Shown: positions 51,601-59,455 of the stretch, piece by piece
Layout of the letters: every line of letters starts with the position of its first letter
How positions within the stretch are numbered: position 1 is the first letter of the stretch
Assembly: GCF_000002075.1 (NCBI RefSeq)
Contig: NW_004797733.1
Coordinates: 298,502-357,956 of the forward strand
Direction of reading: 5' to 3'
DNA from: Aplysia californica
Lineage: Eukaryota
Length of the DNA: 59,455 nucleotides
Translations under genes and position numbers: made by a program
The notes under the pieces: generated by a model
Seen by the model: only the letters and a program-made list of their open reading frames with translations
Databases searched by the model: none
Told to the model about the DNA's origin: nothing

Positions 51601-52689
51601 GTGCGGTAACGCAACAAAAAAGATGTAACACTTCTTTTCAAAATTAATATTCCTTAATTTCATAAGAGATTGATGCCTCAACAAAGTTTATCTTTCCACA
51701 CTACAGCTTCAGTGATTTCAGAATACTGAGAAAGGAGCTTCTGAGTGCATTATGTCAATGTATGAACAATTTCCTCTAATATAGTATTATATTGCTGCTC
51801 CTGCTAAATGGTAGATGGGAAAAGGAACAGACACTCCCTGAAAGAAAAATGTTAAGACATAAGCAAATTCTTCAACAACAACAACAACAACAACAACAAA
51901 ATAAAACGTACACAGTTCATGGAACGTCAGTGTCTTAGAAAAAAATATAAGTTCAATTAGGCTATTCTCAGGATTAACATCAGTCACTTACCGACAGATC
52001 TGTTATATTTGTCTTTAAGGAGTTTGTTTTCCATCTGCAGCGTCGAATTCTCTAGGCTTAGCTTCCTCATCTGACTTTCCAGCATCTCCTAAGACAGGTA
52101 AGTTCCAAATATTCATGAAATGTTCGACACTCTGAAAATCACTTTAATGTTTATATCATATGCAAGTATAATATTGAAGTAGTCCTTAAAGTAGATGACG
52201 AAATCAAATAGGAGATAACCTTAAAAAAAATTTGTTTCATCATCAAAATAGAAAGTAGTGATCTCATATATACACACATAAATGAATAGGATTTGACATA
52301 AAATATTTACATGTTAAACACTTCACCCTATACAATAGGCCTTTTAAAAATAAAACAGATGCTATGATCTTCATCACTATAGACATCATTTGCATATATA
52401 TCTGCATTTGTCTACCCAAAATTAACAATTTATTTGCAAAATATTAAAGATGCTATGATCAAAAAATGGGAAAGCCATTGTAACAAAAATTCAGTACTTC
52501 AGCCGGTTTTACATTTCTGAAGATTTTCTTAAATCTTCAGAATACTTTTGTTACTTTTCAACACATTGCTAATGACAACTGGAGTACCTTTTCCACAAGA
52601 AAAGATTTCATATCAGTCAATGACCCTCTTAATGCTGCAGTGGGAGTGGCTGATCGCGATCTCTGTTGACTGTCACCGGCTGTTGGAAG
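18709..52689 (-). CDS. Large multi-exon gene for an uncharacterised long coiled-coil protein (5'-incomplete; 35 exons, ~1808 aa in window)
   Basis: 35 exons with GT-AG boundaries and matching phases join into a 5427-nt open frame ending in TGA at 18709-18711. Sequence is E/Q/K/L/R-rich and heptad-like throughout, with a Ser-rich C-tail. The first exon seen starts at an acceptor, so the start lies further 5'. Confidence 0.9.
19541..19878. mobile_element. SINE-like interspersed repeat, copy of 17104-17440
   Basis: Colinear similarity along its whole length. Confidence 0.85.
20105..20170. repeat. (GACA/GGCA)n microsatellite
   Basis: Direct inspection. Confidence 0.85.
20348..20617 (-). CDS. 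Coiled-coil gene exon
   Basis: QEMNRVISELSRQLQ...RGTRSEK; phases 2/2; donor GTATGA. Confidence 0.9.
21267..21353 (-). CDS. Coiled-coil gene exon
   Basis: FEEQESELKQLRNFLAKKADEDGDGKGMW; phases 2/2; donor GTAAGT. Confidence 0.88.
21926..22174. mobile_element. MITE with ~33 bp TIRs
   Basis: GTCCAACCCTTGAAAGCAAAATTGTCTCAAGTGC vs GCACTTGAGACAATTTGGTTCTCACAGGTGGAC (inverted). Confidence 0.7.
22303..22418 (-). CDS. Coiled-coil gene exon
   Basis: LQEEMLELQEQVREG...RLSYR; phases 0/2. Confidence 0.9.
22470..22620. mobile_element. SINE fragment (tail plus body)
   Basis: Tail motif at 22470-22503; body matches 40165-40270 and 3585-3625 in reverse complement. Confidence 0.65.
23493..23604 (-). CDS. 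Coiled-coil gene exon
   Basis: ESQEKEQLKLTQQCHQL...ENLK; phases 2/0. Confidence 0.88.
24599..24693 (-). CDS. Coiled-coil gene exon
   Basis: TELLRHQQSLESLKQQSGSKLRKLTLDLQQQG; phases 0/2; donor GTGAGT. Confidence 0.88.
25192..25609. mobile_element. MITE family A copy (reverse orientation)
   Basis: GGAATCAGGCGTTCATCAA ... TTGACGAGCGCCTGATTTC. Confidence 0.8.
25633..25812 (-). CDS. Coiled-coil gene exon
   Basis: VNAEEKANSLQ...VEGLK; phases 0/0. Confidence 0.9.
26905..27108 (-). CDS. Coiled-coil gene exon
   Basis: VEENLKSSVQEV...DDAKRKK; phases 0/0. Confidence 0.88.
28638..28781 (-). CDS. Coiled-coil gene exon
   Basis: VVILDLKDQLR...RDALNK; phases 0/0. Confidence 0.88.
29213..29357 (-). CDS. 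Coiled-coil gene exon
   Basis: QNKDLENYISEQDK...TVARKE; phases 2/0. Confidence 0.87.
29593..29688 (-). CDS. Coiled-coil gene exon
   Basis: QEVEDLKQQLSRKDAQ...LEDAQR; phases 2/2. Confidence 0.88.
29840..30420 (-). mobile_element. GC-rich intronic repeat resembling an RTE-clade LINE 5' UTR or derived SINE
   Basis: Abrupt GC-rich block; the motif GCATGCTAACAGCTACGGGGAGCC..GTGAGAG is recalled from RTE 5' regions (unverified). Confidence 0.4.
30779..30944 (-). CDS. Coiled-coil gene exon
   Basis: YHDACRRLGEKETAMQEMQKK...RDLSQLR; phases 1/2. Confidence 0.88.
31413..31563 (-). CDS. Coiled-coil gene exon
   Basis: EEIKSHEEEEKKLREKI...TFMK; phases 0/1. Confidence 0.9.
31908..32048 (-). CDS. Coiled-coil gene exon
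   Basis: LQEEQNSGSKRREEI...TQEKLK; phases 0/0. Confidence 0.87.
32436..32492. repeat. 24 bp tandem repeat AGAATGAACAATTGAATAAATAAT (~2.4 copies)
   Basis: Direct inspection. Confidence 0.85.
32752..32982 (-). CDS. Coiled-coil gene exon
   Basis: IEHSEQAHQSTSLTLQQKD...ETNHTV; phases 0/0; donor GTGAGT. Confidence 0.9.
33535..33770. mobile_element. Mariner-type MITE flanked by TA
   Basis: TATGAGAGGTGCGCTGACAAAACAAGTTACTTCTC vs GAGAATATCTCATTTTGTAAGCACCCCTCACATA (imperfect inverted repeat). Confidence 0.55.
33926..34081 (-). CDS. Coiled-coil gene exon
   Basis: MKENSAAMEVNR...EVIRK; phases 0/0. Confidence 0.9.
34426..34537 (-). CDS. Coiled-coil gene exon
   Basis: RQEEEKKNVEKMCGLLE...ELVLK; phases 2/0; AAG acceptor, with a GAG alternative 3 nt downstream. 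Confidence 0.82.
34954..35033 (-). CDS. Coiled-coil gene exon
   Basis: LIGEVHTLRLLTFAKDKENSVIMDKMR; phases 0/2. Confidence 0.87.
35155..35412. mobile_element. MITE with ~50 bp TIRs
   Basis: AGGGCCGCCAAGTAAACTACGGTAAGTCATATTTTTCTAATTTTACAGGA vs TCCTGTAAAATTTGAAAAACATGACTTACCATAGTTTGCTAGACCGCCCT. Confidence 0.85.
35800..35973 (-). CDS. Coiled-coil gene exon
   Basis: TLEEEKKMRIEERDNCK...SPEGQK; phases 0/0. Confidence 0.9.
36334..36422 (-). CDS. Candidate alternative exon 2 of a short internal-start isoform
   Basis: Acceptor TTTTTAACGCTTTGCAG, donor CAG|GTGACC; phases 1/0; (V)TQPAVQNTPSDLPGRRATATDFLDAELRQ. Confidence 0.5.
36902..36971 (-). CDS. Candidate alternative first coding exon of the short isoform (MGAVCG...)
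   Basis: ATG with an in-frame TGA 18 nt upstream; MGAVCGHYGTLNLKSKTCVVQQM; strong donor G|GTGAGT in phase 1, matching the 36422 acceptor. Confidence 0.5.
37040..37186 (-). CDS. Coiled-coil gene exon
   Basis: QNVTASVSLREEVESLN...LQRRVQ; phases 0/0. Confidence 0.87.
38622..38822 (-). CDS. Coiled-coil gene exon
   Basis: TEVLQLELQQAKEK...MKLQLL; phases 0/0. Confidence 0.9.
39150..39296 (-). CDS. Coiled-coil gene exon
   Basis: ISAIQRQLDERCQVL...HRQGE; phases 0/0. Confidence 0.9.
40533..40688 (-). CDS. Coiled-coil gene exon
   Basis: KHQVEGLEKELEQKD...ELEAQ; phases 0/0 (alternative in-frame acceptor at 40679). Confidence 0.87.
41136..41297 (-). CDS. Coiled-coil gene exon
   Basis: IAELKEEIRLQSDKC...GSSLTQ; phases 0/0. 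Confidence 0.87.
41596..41887. mobile_element. TTAA-flanked piggyBac-like MITE
   Basis: TTAA|CTCTTTATCTCC ... GGAGAAAAAGAG|TTAA (11/12 TIR match). Confidence 0.75.
41904..42139 (-). CDS. Coiled-coil gene exon
   Basis: QVEALQEEVSGLEARV...ALTTE; phases 1/0. Confidence 0.9.
42680..42840 (-). CDS. Coiled-coil gene exon
   Basis: QLTELVKERHDAFARL...GAAST; phases 2/1. Confidence 0.9.
43158..43264 (-). CDS. Coiled-coil gene exon
   Basis: SALAMKEEYEAKMLQ...EQTYKQ; phases 0/2. Confidence 0.88.
44473..44587. repeat. (CAT/CAC)n trinucleotide repeat
   Basis: Direct inspection. Confidence 0.9.
44784..44981 (-). CDS. Coiled-coil gene exon
   Basis: PAYDIKQILQQLETE...DSSGLQ; phases 0/0. Confidence 0.88.
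45585..45624. repeat. (TA)n microsatellite
   Basis: Direct inspection. Confidence 0.95.
46115..46300 (-). CDS. Coiled-coil gene exon
   Basis: TKEKELERQLKRER...QDGKK; phases 0/0. Confidence 0.9.
46740..47235 (+). mobile_element. Decayed RTE-clade LINE, 3' end of ORF2
   Basis: Broken translations SLATFIFLHAFKSGTV, EMTCCQRLLGVTNKDCISN, LLFTVKGRNLYW, LAKIVL*GTV, RQRKKWEE, SSMAPQ*STRL*D mirror the RTE ORF2 C-terminus (YACESWTL, EMRCYRRLLGI, KLRWYGH, TILQGTV, RQRKRWED). Confidence 0.8.
47269..47391 (-). CDS. Coiled-coil gene exon
   Basis: AASLQMRLRLTEERL...NAKLQ; phases 0/0. Confidence 0.9.
47639..47755. mobile_element. Very short TTAA-flanked element (CACT...AGTG ends)
   Basis: TTAA|CACTTTGCCCCACGG ... 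CCGTGGGGATAAGTG (internal) ... GTGGATAGTG|TTAA. Confidence 0.55.
48010..48934. mobile_element. Probable TTAA-flanked non-autonomous DNA transposon
   Basis: TTAA|CTCTCTT ... AAGTGAG|TTAA with a CpG-rich left arm; TIR match is weak. Confidence 0.4.
49050..49361. mobile_element. piggyBac-like deletion derivative (MITE)
   Basis: TTAA|CCCTTTGAGCCCT ... AGGGCTCAAAGGG|TTAA: perfect 13-bp TIR with TTAA on both sides. Confidence 0.9.
49409..49582 (-). CDS. Coiled-coil gene exon
   Basis: EEISHLKHLLEESEKALEAEC...TAAEKQ; phases 0/0. Confidence 0.88.
50655..50771 (-). CDS. Coiled-coil gene exon
   Basis: MTYLEQQLNSAKKEV...SSALK; phases 0/0. Confidence 0.9.
51272..51459 (-). CDS. Coiled-coil gene exon
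   Basis: RVSELESNLQENKDEL...ILKSQ; phases 1/0. Confidence 0.9.
51992..52088 (-). CDS. Coiled-coil gene exon
   Basis: EMLESQMRKLSLENSTLQMENKLLKDKYNRSV; phases 0/1; donor GTAAGT. Confidence 0.88.
52588..52689 (-). CDS. Coiled-coil gene exon (most 5' confident exon in the window)
   Basis: LPTAGDSQQRSRSATPTAALRGSLTDMKSFLVEK; phases 0/0; acceptor ATTTCAG. Confidence 0.8.
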
Positions 52690-53112
52690 CTGAAATAATT
52701 ACAAAATTGGTATACAGCTCAAACTGTGCTGTCATAGTAACATAATATATGATGTAAATGGTTAAAAGCTAAACTGAAGCTACTAATATTCTATTATTAC
52801 TTTCATTGAAACATCGCACACAAAAATAGGGTATATCATCATATAAACAGCAAATATAAAGGAGTAATTTCGTTTTTTTATTTAAAAAGTAAAATCATGA
52901 AAAAAGTAGCCTACATTAAAACGAGTTTACACCTTTTTCAAGAACCCAACAGACATTTAACTGTAAAAAGTTTAATTAAAAATTAATTTTCTCTACAACA
53001 AACTCATGCTTTCATGAGACTTAAGCACTTAGCCTTACAAATGTATTCATTAATTTGTGCTGCTAAATGAGACATCGAGAGAGTGCAAACCTTTTTTCTC
53101 TCTATGTCACAA

Positions 53113-54592
53113 TGCGGAGGAATCACTGTAGGCGTTCGTCAATGTTTGGGCATGTGAAGTTATTGATATAATCTTAACTCATTCGCTACGTATTATTTTC
53201 AGCTTGTGGACAAATTTTTTTCGGGAAGGTGAAATGAGATGATGACTAGTGCGCAGTTCAAAGGTCTTTGGGGCCACAAATTCAAATAAATATTGACATT
53301 TTATACATCGACATTTCAGTATGATTTGTAGAATAGATCTGTAATGTTTATTTGTCTATTTTTCAACTTTGGTTCCTGTAAGAGGCGATTATGCAACACA
53401 ATTTTGCTTGGATTCGGATAAAATTTAAAAATAAAACATTTACCATCTTCGGTGAAACTCAAAAAATATGTTTGCACCGAGTCAAATGATACATCAAAAT
53501 AACCATAAATGAATATAGAACTGGAAAATATTTAAACATTTGTAGTTATTTATATACATTCCATAAAGTTTGCACTTTTGGATCATGACATCCGACATTG
53601 AAAAAAAATAATTTTTATTTATAATCTTGAAAAATGGACAAGATGCATTCCCGAACAGAAAAAAACACCCGTATCATATATGGAATTATTCAGATTTGCA
53701 TTTGGAATAAACCTACACATGTCTTGAGTGGTACTTTTTGTGTAATTTCACCTAAAAAATAGTGATATTTTGGAGAAAAATATAATTTGACAATTTAGAT
53801 CTAGAGATGTAGATCTAGCACTGAAAAATATTGATTTCTCAATAACAGAGCAATGGCAATTTGAGCCCAATCGTATCAATATTCTAAAGAAGAGTCCTAC
53901 ATTTCTTTAGTGTGCAAAATAATGATATATTTTGTAGTGTAAAAGTAGTAAGACTGGTGTCTGGGCTATAATTTGACCATCGCGATAAAACAAAGTCACA
54001 TAAACTTCGAAATCGTGTTTCAAAACTGAATCAAAACTTCCGATTTTTTGTGAAAACGCTAATTGCCCCAGAAGTCAACATTATATTATAACCTTTATTT
54101 TAACATGGATATGTGGATAGCAATAGAATCTAAGCTAAAATTGAAGATCGGTTCTCGAGCTGCCGGGGGCGGCTTAGCGTACTGACGGCACTTTAGCCGC
54201 GCCGCCCCCCACGGCTCGGCGTAGCAAATGAGTTAAAACTGGCTCATTTGTCTATCTTTCGATGAGAAAAATAATCATCTGTCTTGAATAGAAGTCGAGA
54301 TATTTGATCTTGAAGGAGGGAGGGGTCGCATGGTAAAATTATCAAGAAAATGGTCGAATGGTCGTCAGAGTTTGGTGACTTCCAAAGCTTTAGAGTCCTT
54401 GGAGACTGCAAATTTACATCTGATCTTTTGTGCCTTTGATCAACACTTTTCAATAAAATTCACACATGTTGACAAATGTGTTTTTGAAAGGATGTTGAGC
54501 CAAAAAATACAAATTCAATAGAAATTGCTGAATGGGAGGAAAAATGCCAGTTTCTTCCATTTCATTATTTTGACAAGTGCCAGATTTCAGCA
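53113..54592. mobile_element. MITE family A copy split by a nested TTAA element
   Basis: The left part (53113-53177) and right part (54233-54592) join to give a copy colinear with 25192-25609. Confidence 0.75.
53178..54232. mobile_element. TTAA-flanked piggyBac-like non-autonomous element (~1.05 kb)
   Basis: TTAA|CTCATTCGCTACG ... CGTAGCAAATGAG|TTAA (12/13 TIR match). Confidence 0.85.
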
Positions 54593-54765
54593 CTCACACA
54601 TGCCTTCTTAATAGTAGAATTGAGCTCCTACTTTACAAAACTAGAGCACACTACATTGCATTACAATGTTAAAATTAATGTGCTGCTTGCAGACATTCCA
54701 AAACCGTTGAACAAACATAGGCCTACCCCAGCAGAAGAAACAGGTCCCTGATGCGCCATGCTTAC

Positions 54766-54779
54766 AGCTGAGTTGAATC
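54766..54779 (-). CDS. Candidate 14-nt microexon of the coiled-coil gene
   Basis: Long polypyrimidine tract ...CTGTCCCTTTTTTTCGTTCCAG|GATTCAACTCAGCT|GTAAGC. Read as (x)FNSA, it ends in phase 0 and fits the 52689 exon. Confidence 0.45.
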
Positions 54780-55237
54780 CTGGAACGAAAAAAAGGGACA
54801 GAATAGAAATAAAATGAATATATTTTATTACACAGCATGTACTTAAATTGTTGTGATATAATATGAGCTGAAAGTATTAACCAGTTTCTTTCATGTTCAT
54901 GTGAAAACTGCATGTTTAGCAACACAACAAACGGAGACACATGATGCACTTTGACAGGATCATAAAAAGGGTATTAAATAGACCCGTTATTCAAGCATTA
55001 CTAGTGAATAAAAATGGTATGAGACTATTTTGGTTTCACTCAAAGTCAGGGAGCCAAAATCACACAGTAGTGAGAAAATCAAGATTTTCACCATTCTTGG
55101 AACAGCTGAGAGTGACAAGCACTGCAGTTCATCTTGTTGAATTATTACACATATCTTTTTCTAACAACTTTTATCACCAAGCAAGGTTTTTGGCTTATTG
55201 TTCAACATTGTATAAGATATTAAAAGTGAAGCATATG

Positions 55238-56010
55238 ATAGCAATGCCAATCGGGCTTTCCCGCGCGGCGAAAATTTGGTCTCCGTTTACGGGCGATTTT
55301 GCGGACCCGGCCGAAGCGTAGGTGACTAACTTTGTCAACCTCAGTCTGCTCTATTTCCGAACCAATCCGAATGAAACTCGGAAACCAATCAGAAAATAGG
55401 GCAAACTAATGATATGTGGACGTTGAAGTTCGTACACATAAATTAACCTATACTTTTGGTGTCAGGAACACTTTCGTATCGTGTACACCAAAAACTATAA
55501 GGAGTTTGAATTTCAACGCCGAGATGGTAATAGATCTATCTATGCTGCCGACATATATTCTTAAAGATCTCATGTTGTGATACGATGCTATAAATAAAAT
55601 GGACTCATCCCCACACCCCTTTTTCGCAAAATCGTAATATGTACACCAAAATTTTAATTATAACAAAATAACTACGAAATTGGTAGTAAATCTGACTGCA
55701 GAAATGATTTCCAAACTCAAAAACACATCGGGTAGCCAAGTTTCTCTCGAACACTCCGATTAGTTACCGAGATATCGTCGATTTTCTTACAGAATCTGCT
55801 ACTGCGTGGTCCACTCTTTAGGAGTATTTTCCTATGTGGGTCATCCATATTTTGCCGACCTTTACAACCCCATAACTTTTTTATTTATGAACCGATTCTT
55901 AAAAGTCAAGAAGCATAATTCTTAGAATTGAAAATTATTTCTTAGGTAGGGGCCTACCAAAATAAAAAGGGCTAAAGTGAAAATTTTAATTTTCATTAGC
56001 ATTGCTACCT
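55238..56010. mobile_element. Probable Helentron/DINE-1-like non-autonomous element
   Basis: Short inverted ends TAGCAATGC/GCATTGCTA; internal AACCAATCCGAATGAAACT and CCATAACTTTTT..AACCGATTC motifs typical of HINE cores (recalled, unverified). Confidence 0.4.
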
Positions 56011-57883
56011 ATGACAACATTTTTAATAGATCATGTACGGAAAAGCAATATGATCTGTGAAAAAAGATTAAGTCGTACACCTCTCGATGTACACCTCCGC
56101 CCATTAAAAAAAATCTGCCATATCCTCCCACCATAAACCCCTCATGAACTGACTTAAATTAGGTGTCTGCCTTAAAACTTATTCTAGGCCTATCCAATGA
56201 TTATAAATACCATGATTATAAAATGCGGTAAAAAGTGTGAGTGGGCACGAAACACTGGGGGAACGGGCCAGCGCTTCAACACCTGACCTGCTTCCTTCAG
56301 TGTGCACCTGATGCAGCCAAAGCGGCTTGTTGTTCCAATGTTAGAGGCCATTAAAAAGCTTTAAGTATGTTGGTTTGAAGATGAAGGCTTGTGTGTGACC
56401 AAGGCCAAAACAACCAGACGGTTTTAGAACTAAGTTAGTATTATCCCTGAAAAGCTTTTTTTTTCCTCATGAGGGTGGTAAAATCAGTTTTTAACTTGTG
56501 GAAGTTGTTGGTTTGCTTGAAGTAGGTAGCGTAAACACGGCCTCGCGGGCACTCGCGGCCTTCCGACCGCATGGTATCGGTGAAATCGGGGTAATTCCGA
56601 TCGCTGTTTCTTTGCTCTTTCGCTATAAAACACTAAGTGCCGTACACCTTGTAAAAGTTCAGCTTTTCCTCGTTACAATGGTGTAAGTTGTTTTTATGTC
56701 CGATTATTAGGAGCTGGAGAATCGCCGACGAAAGCGAAGCCCCTCGCGGTCGGAATGCGTGGTCGGCCGGTCGAAAAATTGACACGGGTGCATTCAAATG
56801 CTTCGCGGAACGAGGAATGATTAAATACCGTCTTTTCATTGGCGGAGAACTGTAGAACTTTAAACGGGCTTTCCCGTGGTATGTGTTTTGCCTTTGGCGT
56901 CTAAATAGAAATCTTTTAAAAATACTGTCAAAATGTTTAAAGATCACTTTTTACCCATAATATGTAAAATACCGGCTTAAAAAATATATTTAATAAAAGA
57001 TCAGCTTAATTTCCTACTAGAATAAAGTAATTAGTTTGGAATTATTTTTCATCAATCCTTCCGCGAAACTCAGAAAGCATGTGACCCCGCACGCGGGGTA
57101 CACTACAGTATAGAGCCGACTCGCTCGCCGCGGGGCCCGGTGCGACGCCGGCCGGGTCAACGCTCGGTGTTTTTGTTGAAATAACGACAGATCACCGTGT
57201 TTGGGGCGATAAAGTACTTATTTGAAATGATCTCACAGTCTTGAAAAATATTAGGCTCCATATATTTGTTATAATGATTGTACTCTGTTAATGTGGAGAT
57301 GTTTAGTGCTCTTGGTACTCTTTTATTGTCTGTCAAACATGAGGTTGCAGCCAGTGACTGACTTTAACAAATTTGATCAAATTTTAAACAACTACCATTT
57401 TCTTAATAATTGACTGAGAGGTTAAAGAATGGTATCAAAATGCTCAGTGGATAGAGGCCTTTCAAATGGAGCTGATAAATTTGGCATACAACTACTTTGA
57501 AAATTTAGTTTCTGGTACCTACTTGAAGTTGTTTTTTAAAAAAACAACACATTTTAAGCCTTTGATAAGCAGAGTGCACATTAGACAGATAATCTAACGT
57601 TAAAAATGCTCTAAGAGCCAAATGAAATTAAAGTCAAAGGTGATTAACATGCAAATGCCACACAGTGGACTATGAGTCAGTGTATTTGTTGTAGTCAGAC
57701 TGCATGATGATCTTTATGGTGCAGCCAAAAATGTGTGGCACAACTTATCCTCAAATATCTCTTCAACGGGTGAATCAAAGTAACCTAAACTTTGCCCAGC
57801 AGTCTGTATCAATTTGTCTTAACTTATTCTCCTATTCATATTTTTCCACAACAATTGAGGCTAGATTTTTTTAAGGCTGATGT

Positions 57884-57999
57884 TAGGGGACCCTACGCCC
57901 CAATAGTGCTGGGCGCTAGGGGACCGTACGCCCCAATAGTGCTGGGCGCTAGGGGACCGTACGCCCCAATAGTGCTGGGCGCTAGGGGACCGTACGCCC
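57884..57999. repeat. 33 bp GC-rich minisatellite, 3.5 copies
   Basis: Unit TAGGGGACCGTACGCCCCAATAGTGCTGGGCGC, near-identical copies, no spacers. Confidence 0.95.
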
Positions 58000-58167
58000 T
58001 ACCTGCGCTAAGCTGTCCCCGTGGTTTTATGCACCCCGCATAATTTAGCAAAAGTTGATCATTTTTTTGCATAATTTCTGATTATTTTTCTTTATCATTT
58101 TTTGTTAAAATTAACAGAATTGCAAAATTTCACATTTTTGGGTTCAGTTTGCATAATTGTGTGGAAA

Positions 58168-58589
58168 CGTGCTGGAATGAGGCTCTCGTCAAAATAATCA
58201 AAGTGAAGAAACTTGCATTTTTCCCCACGTTTGTGAATTTTTATGAAGTGTTTTGTTTTTTTTGGCTCAACACCTTTCATGCCCATTAAAGAACTCATTT
58301 CTGTGTGGATTTTCCTGAAAAACGATTAAAGGCACAAAGAATGTAAATGTTCAGTTACCACGGACTCTTAAGCTAAGGAAATAACTAATCTTTGGCGCCC
58401 ATTTTCTCACTAATTTTACCTTTGAAAACAGGTGACCCCCACCTCCTTCTTTGGCAAATATCTCGACTTGTATTCAAGGCAAATGGATATTTTTTTCATC
58501 CAAATAAAGACAAATGGACAAGCTTCAAGATGATACCAATAACTCTACATGCTCACAAATTGACGAGAGCCTGATTCCACCACACTGCA
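58168..58589. mobile_element. MITE family A copy
   Basis: GGAATGAGGCTCTCGTCAAAATAAT ... TTGACGAGAGCCTGATTCCACCAC. Confidence 0.8.
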
Positions 58590-58868
58590 TCACAATTTCA
58601 GATTTTTTTGTGTTCATAAAACCGCGGGGACAGGCTAAGGCTTGGTGTTAAGCGAGCGTACGCAGATGTGCATGCATCTGGACTTTGCAAAATATTAGAG
58701 GAAAAGACCCAGTTTAACGAAGCTCCTAACGTTAGGAGTTATACTAGGAGAGTGTTTACTTGAAATGTCTGAATACGATTGTGAGGTATCCAGTGGCGGT
58801 GGGCAAACCAAAATTTAAAATTTTCTCTCGTCTGCACCCACGTTGTTGTTAAGTGTCAATAAAAGACT

Positions 58869-58870
<2 letters not shown>

Positions 58871-58920
<50 letters not shown>

Positions 58921-58948
58921 TGTGTGTGGTGTGTGTGTGTGTGTGTGT
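58871..58948. repeat. (GA)n(TG)n microsatellite
   Basis: Direct inspection. Confidence 0.95.
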
Positions 58949-59382
58949 GAAAAACAGACAGAAAGGAAGCGAGAAAGAAAGAAAGTAAGTTTTTAAAAAA
59001 TATACTTAAAAAGCAGAGACCTATACGAAAGCAACCCAAAACCAGAAACAAATCAACTTATTAGATCTAGTTACCCAGAGAACAATATATAATGTCATAG
59101 GCTATAAGGGTTCGTCTCGAATCTTGGAACAGTGCAGCTTTTGTTCTTTGTCCATTTCAGAAAAGTAAATTAATTAATACAAAATNNNNNNNNNNNNNNN
59201 NNNNNNNNNNNNNNNNNNNNNNNNNNNNNNNNNNNNNNNNNNNNNNNNNNNNNNNNNNNNNNNNNNNNNNNNNNNNNNNNNNNNNNNNNNNNNNNNNNNN
59301 NNNNNNNNNNNNNNNNNNNNNNNNNNNNACACATTATTTTCGACAAATGTTTTTCTTTGAACTCCAATTCCAATCCCCATTT

Positions 59383-59400
59383 TTAGATAGATAGATAGAT

Positions 59401-59455
<55 letters not shown>
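59383..59455. repeat. (GATA)n microsatellite
   Basis: Direct inspection. Confidence 0.95.

Noticed and set aside
57884-57999. 33-bp repeats resembling a CRISPR array, and ORF 57792-58043
   Set aside because: The units are directly adjacent with no unique spacers, there are no cas genes, and the context is eukaryotic. The ORF is a by-product of the 33-bp (3n) unit.

Overview
This window is eukaryotic (metazoan) genomic DNA. It is AT-rich and repeat-rich, with several N gaps. The repeat and receptor content is compatible with a mollusc or other lophotrochozoan, but that is inference. Contents: (1) a decayed ~1.3 kb mariner element at 1-1320; (2) a divergent 7TM class A (rhodopsin-like) receptor gene on + with two coding exons (5670-6466 and 7206-7377, 322 aa); (3) a large, 5'-incomplete minus-strand gene encoding a long coiled-coil protein, whose 35 exons I chained by hand with GT-AG sites and consistent phases from 52689 down to the stop at 18709 (about 1808 aa in the window; gene not recognised); (4) many tRNA-derived SINEs, an RTE LINE 3' fragment, TTAA-bounded piggyBac-like MITEs (one nested inside another MITE), other MITEs and microsatellites. 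The most interesting unexplained signal is two exons hidden in intron 35974-37039 (36971-36902 and 36422-36334). They splice in frame onto the C-terminal half of the coiled coil and would give a ~1027 aa isoform starting MGAVCG, a possible N-myristoylation/palmitoylation tag. A 14-nt microexon candidate and exons flanked by inverted repeats are also noted. No CRISPR or prokaryotic system is present.
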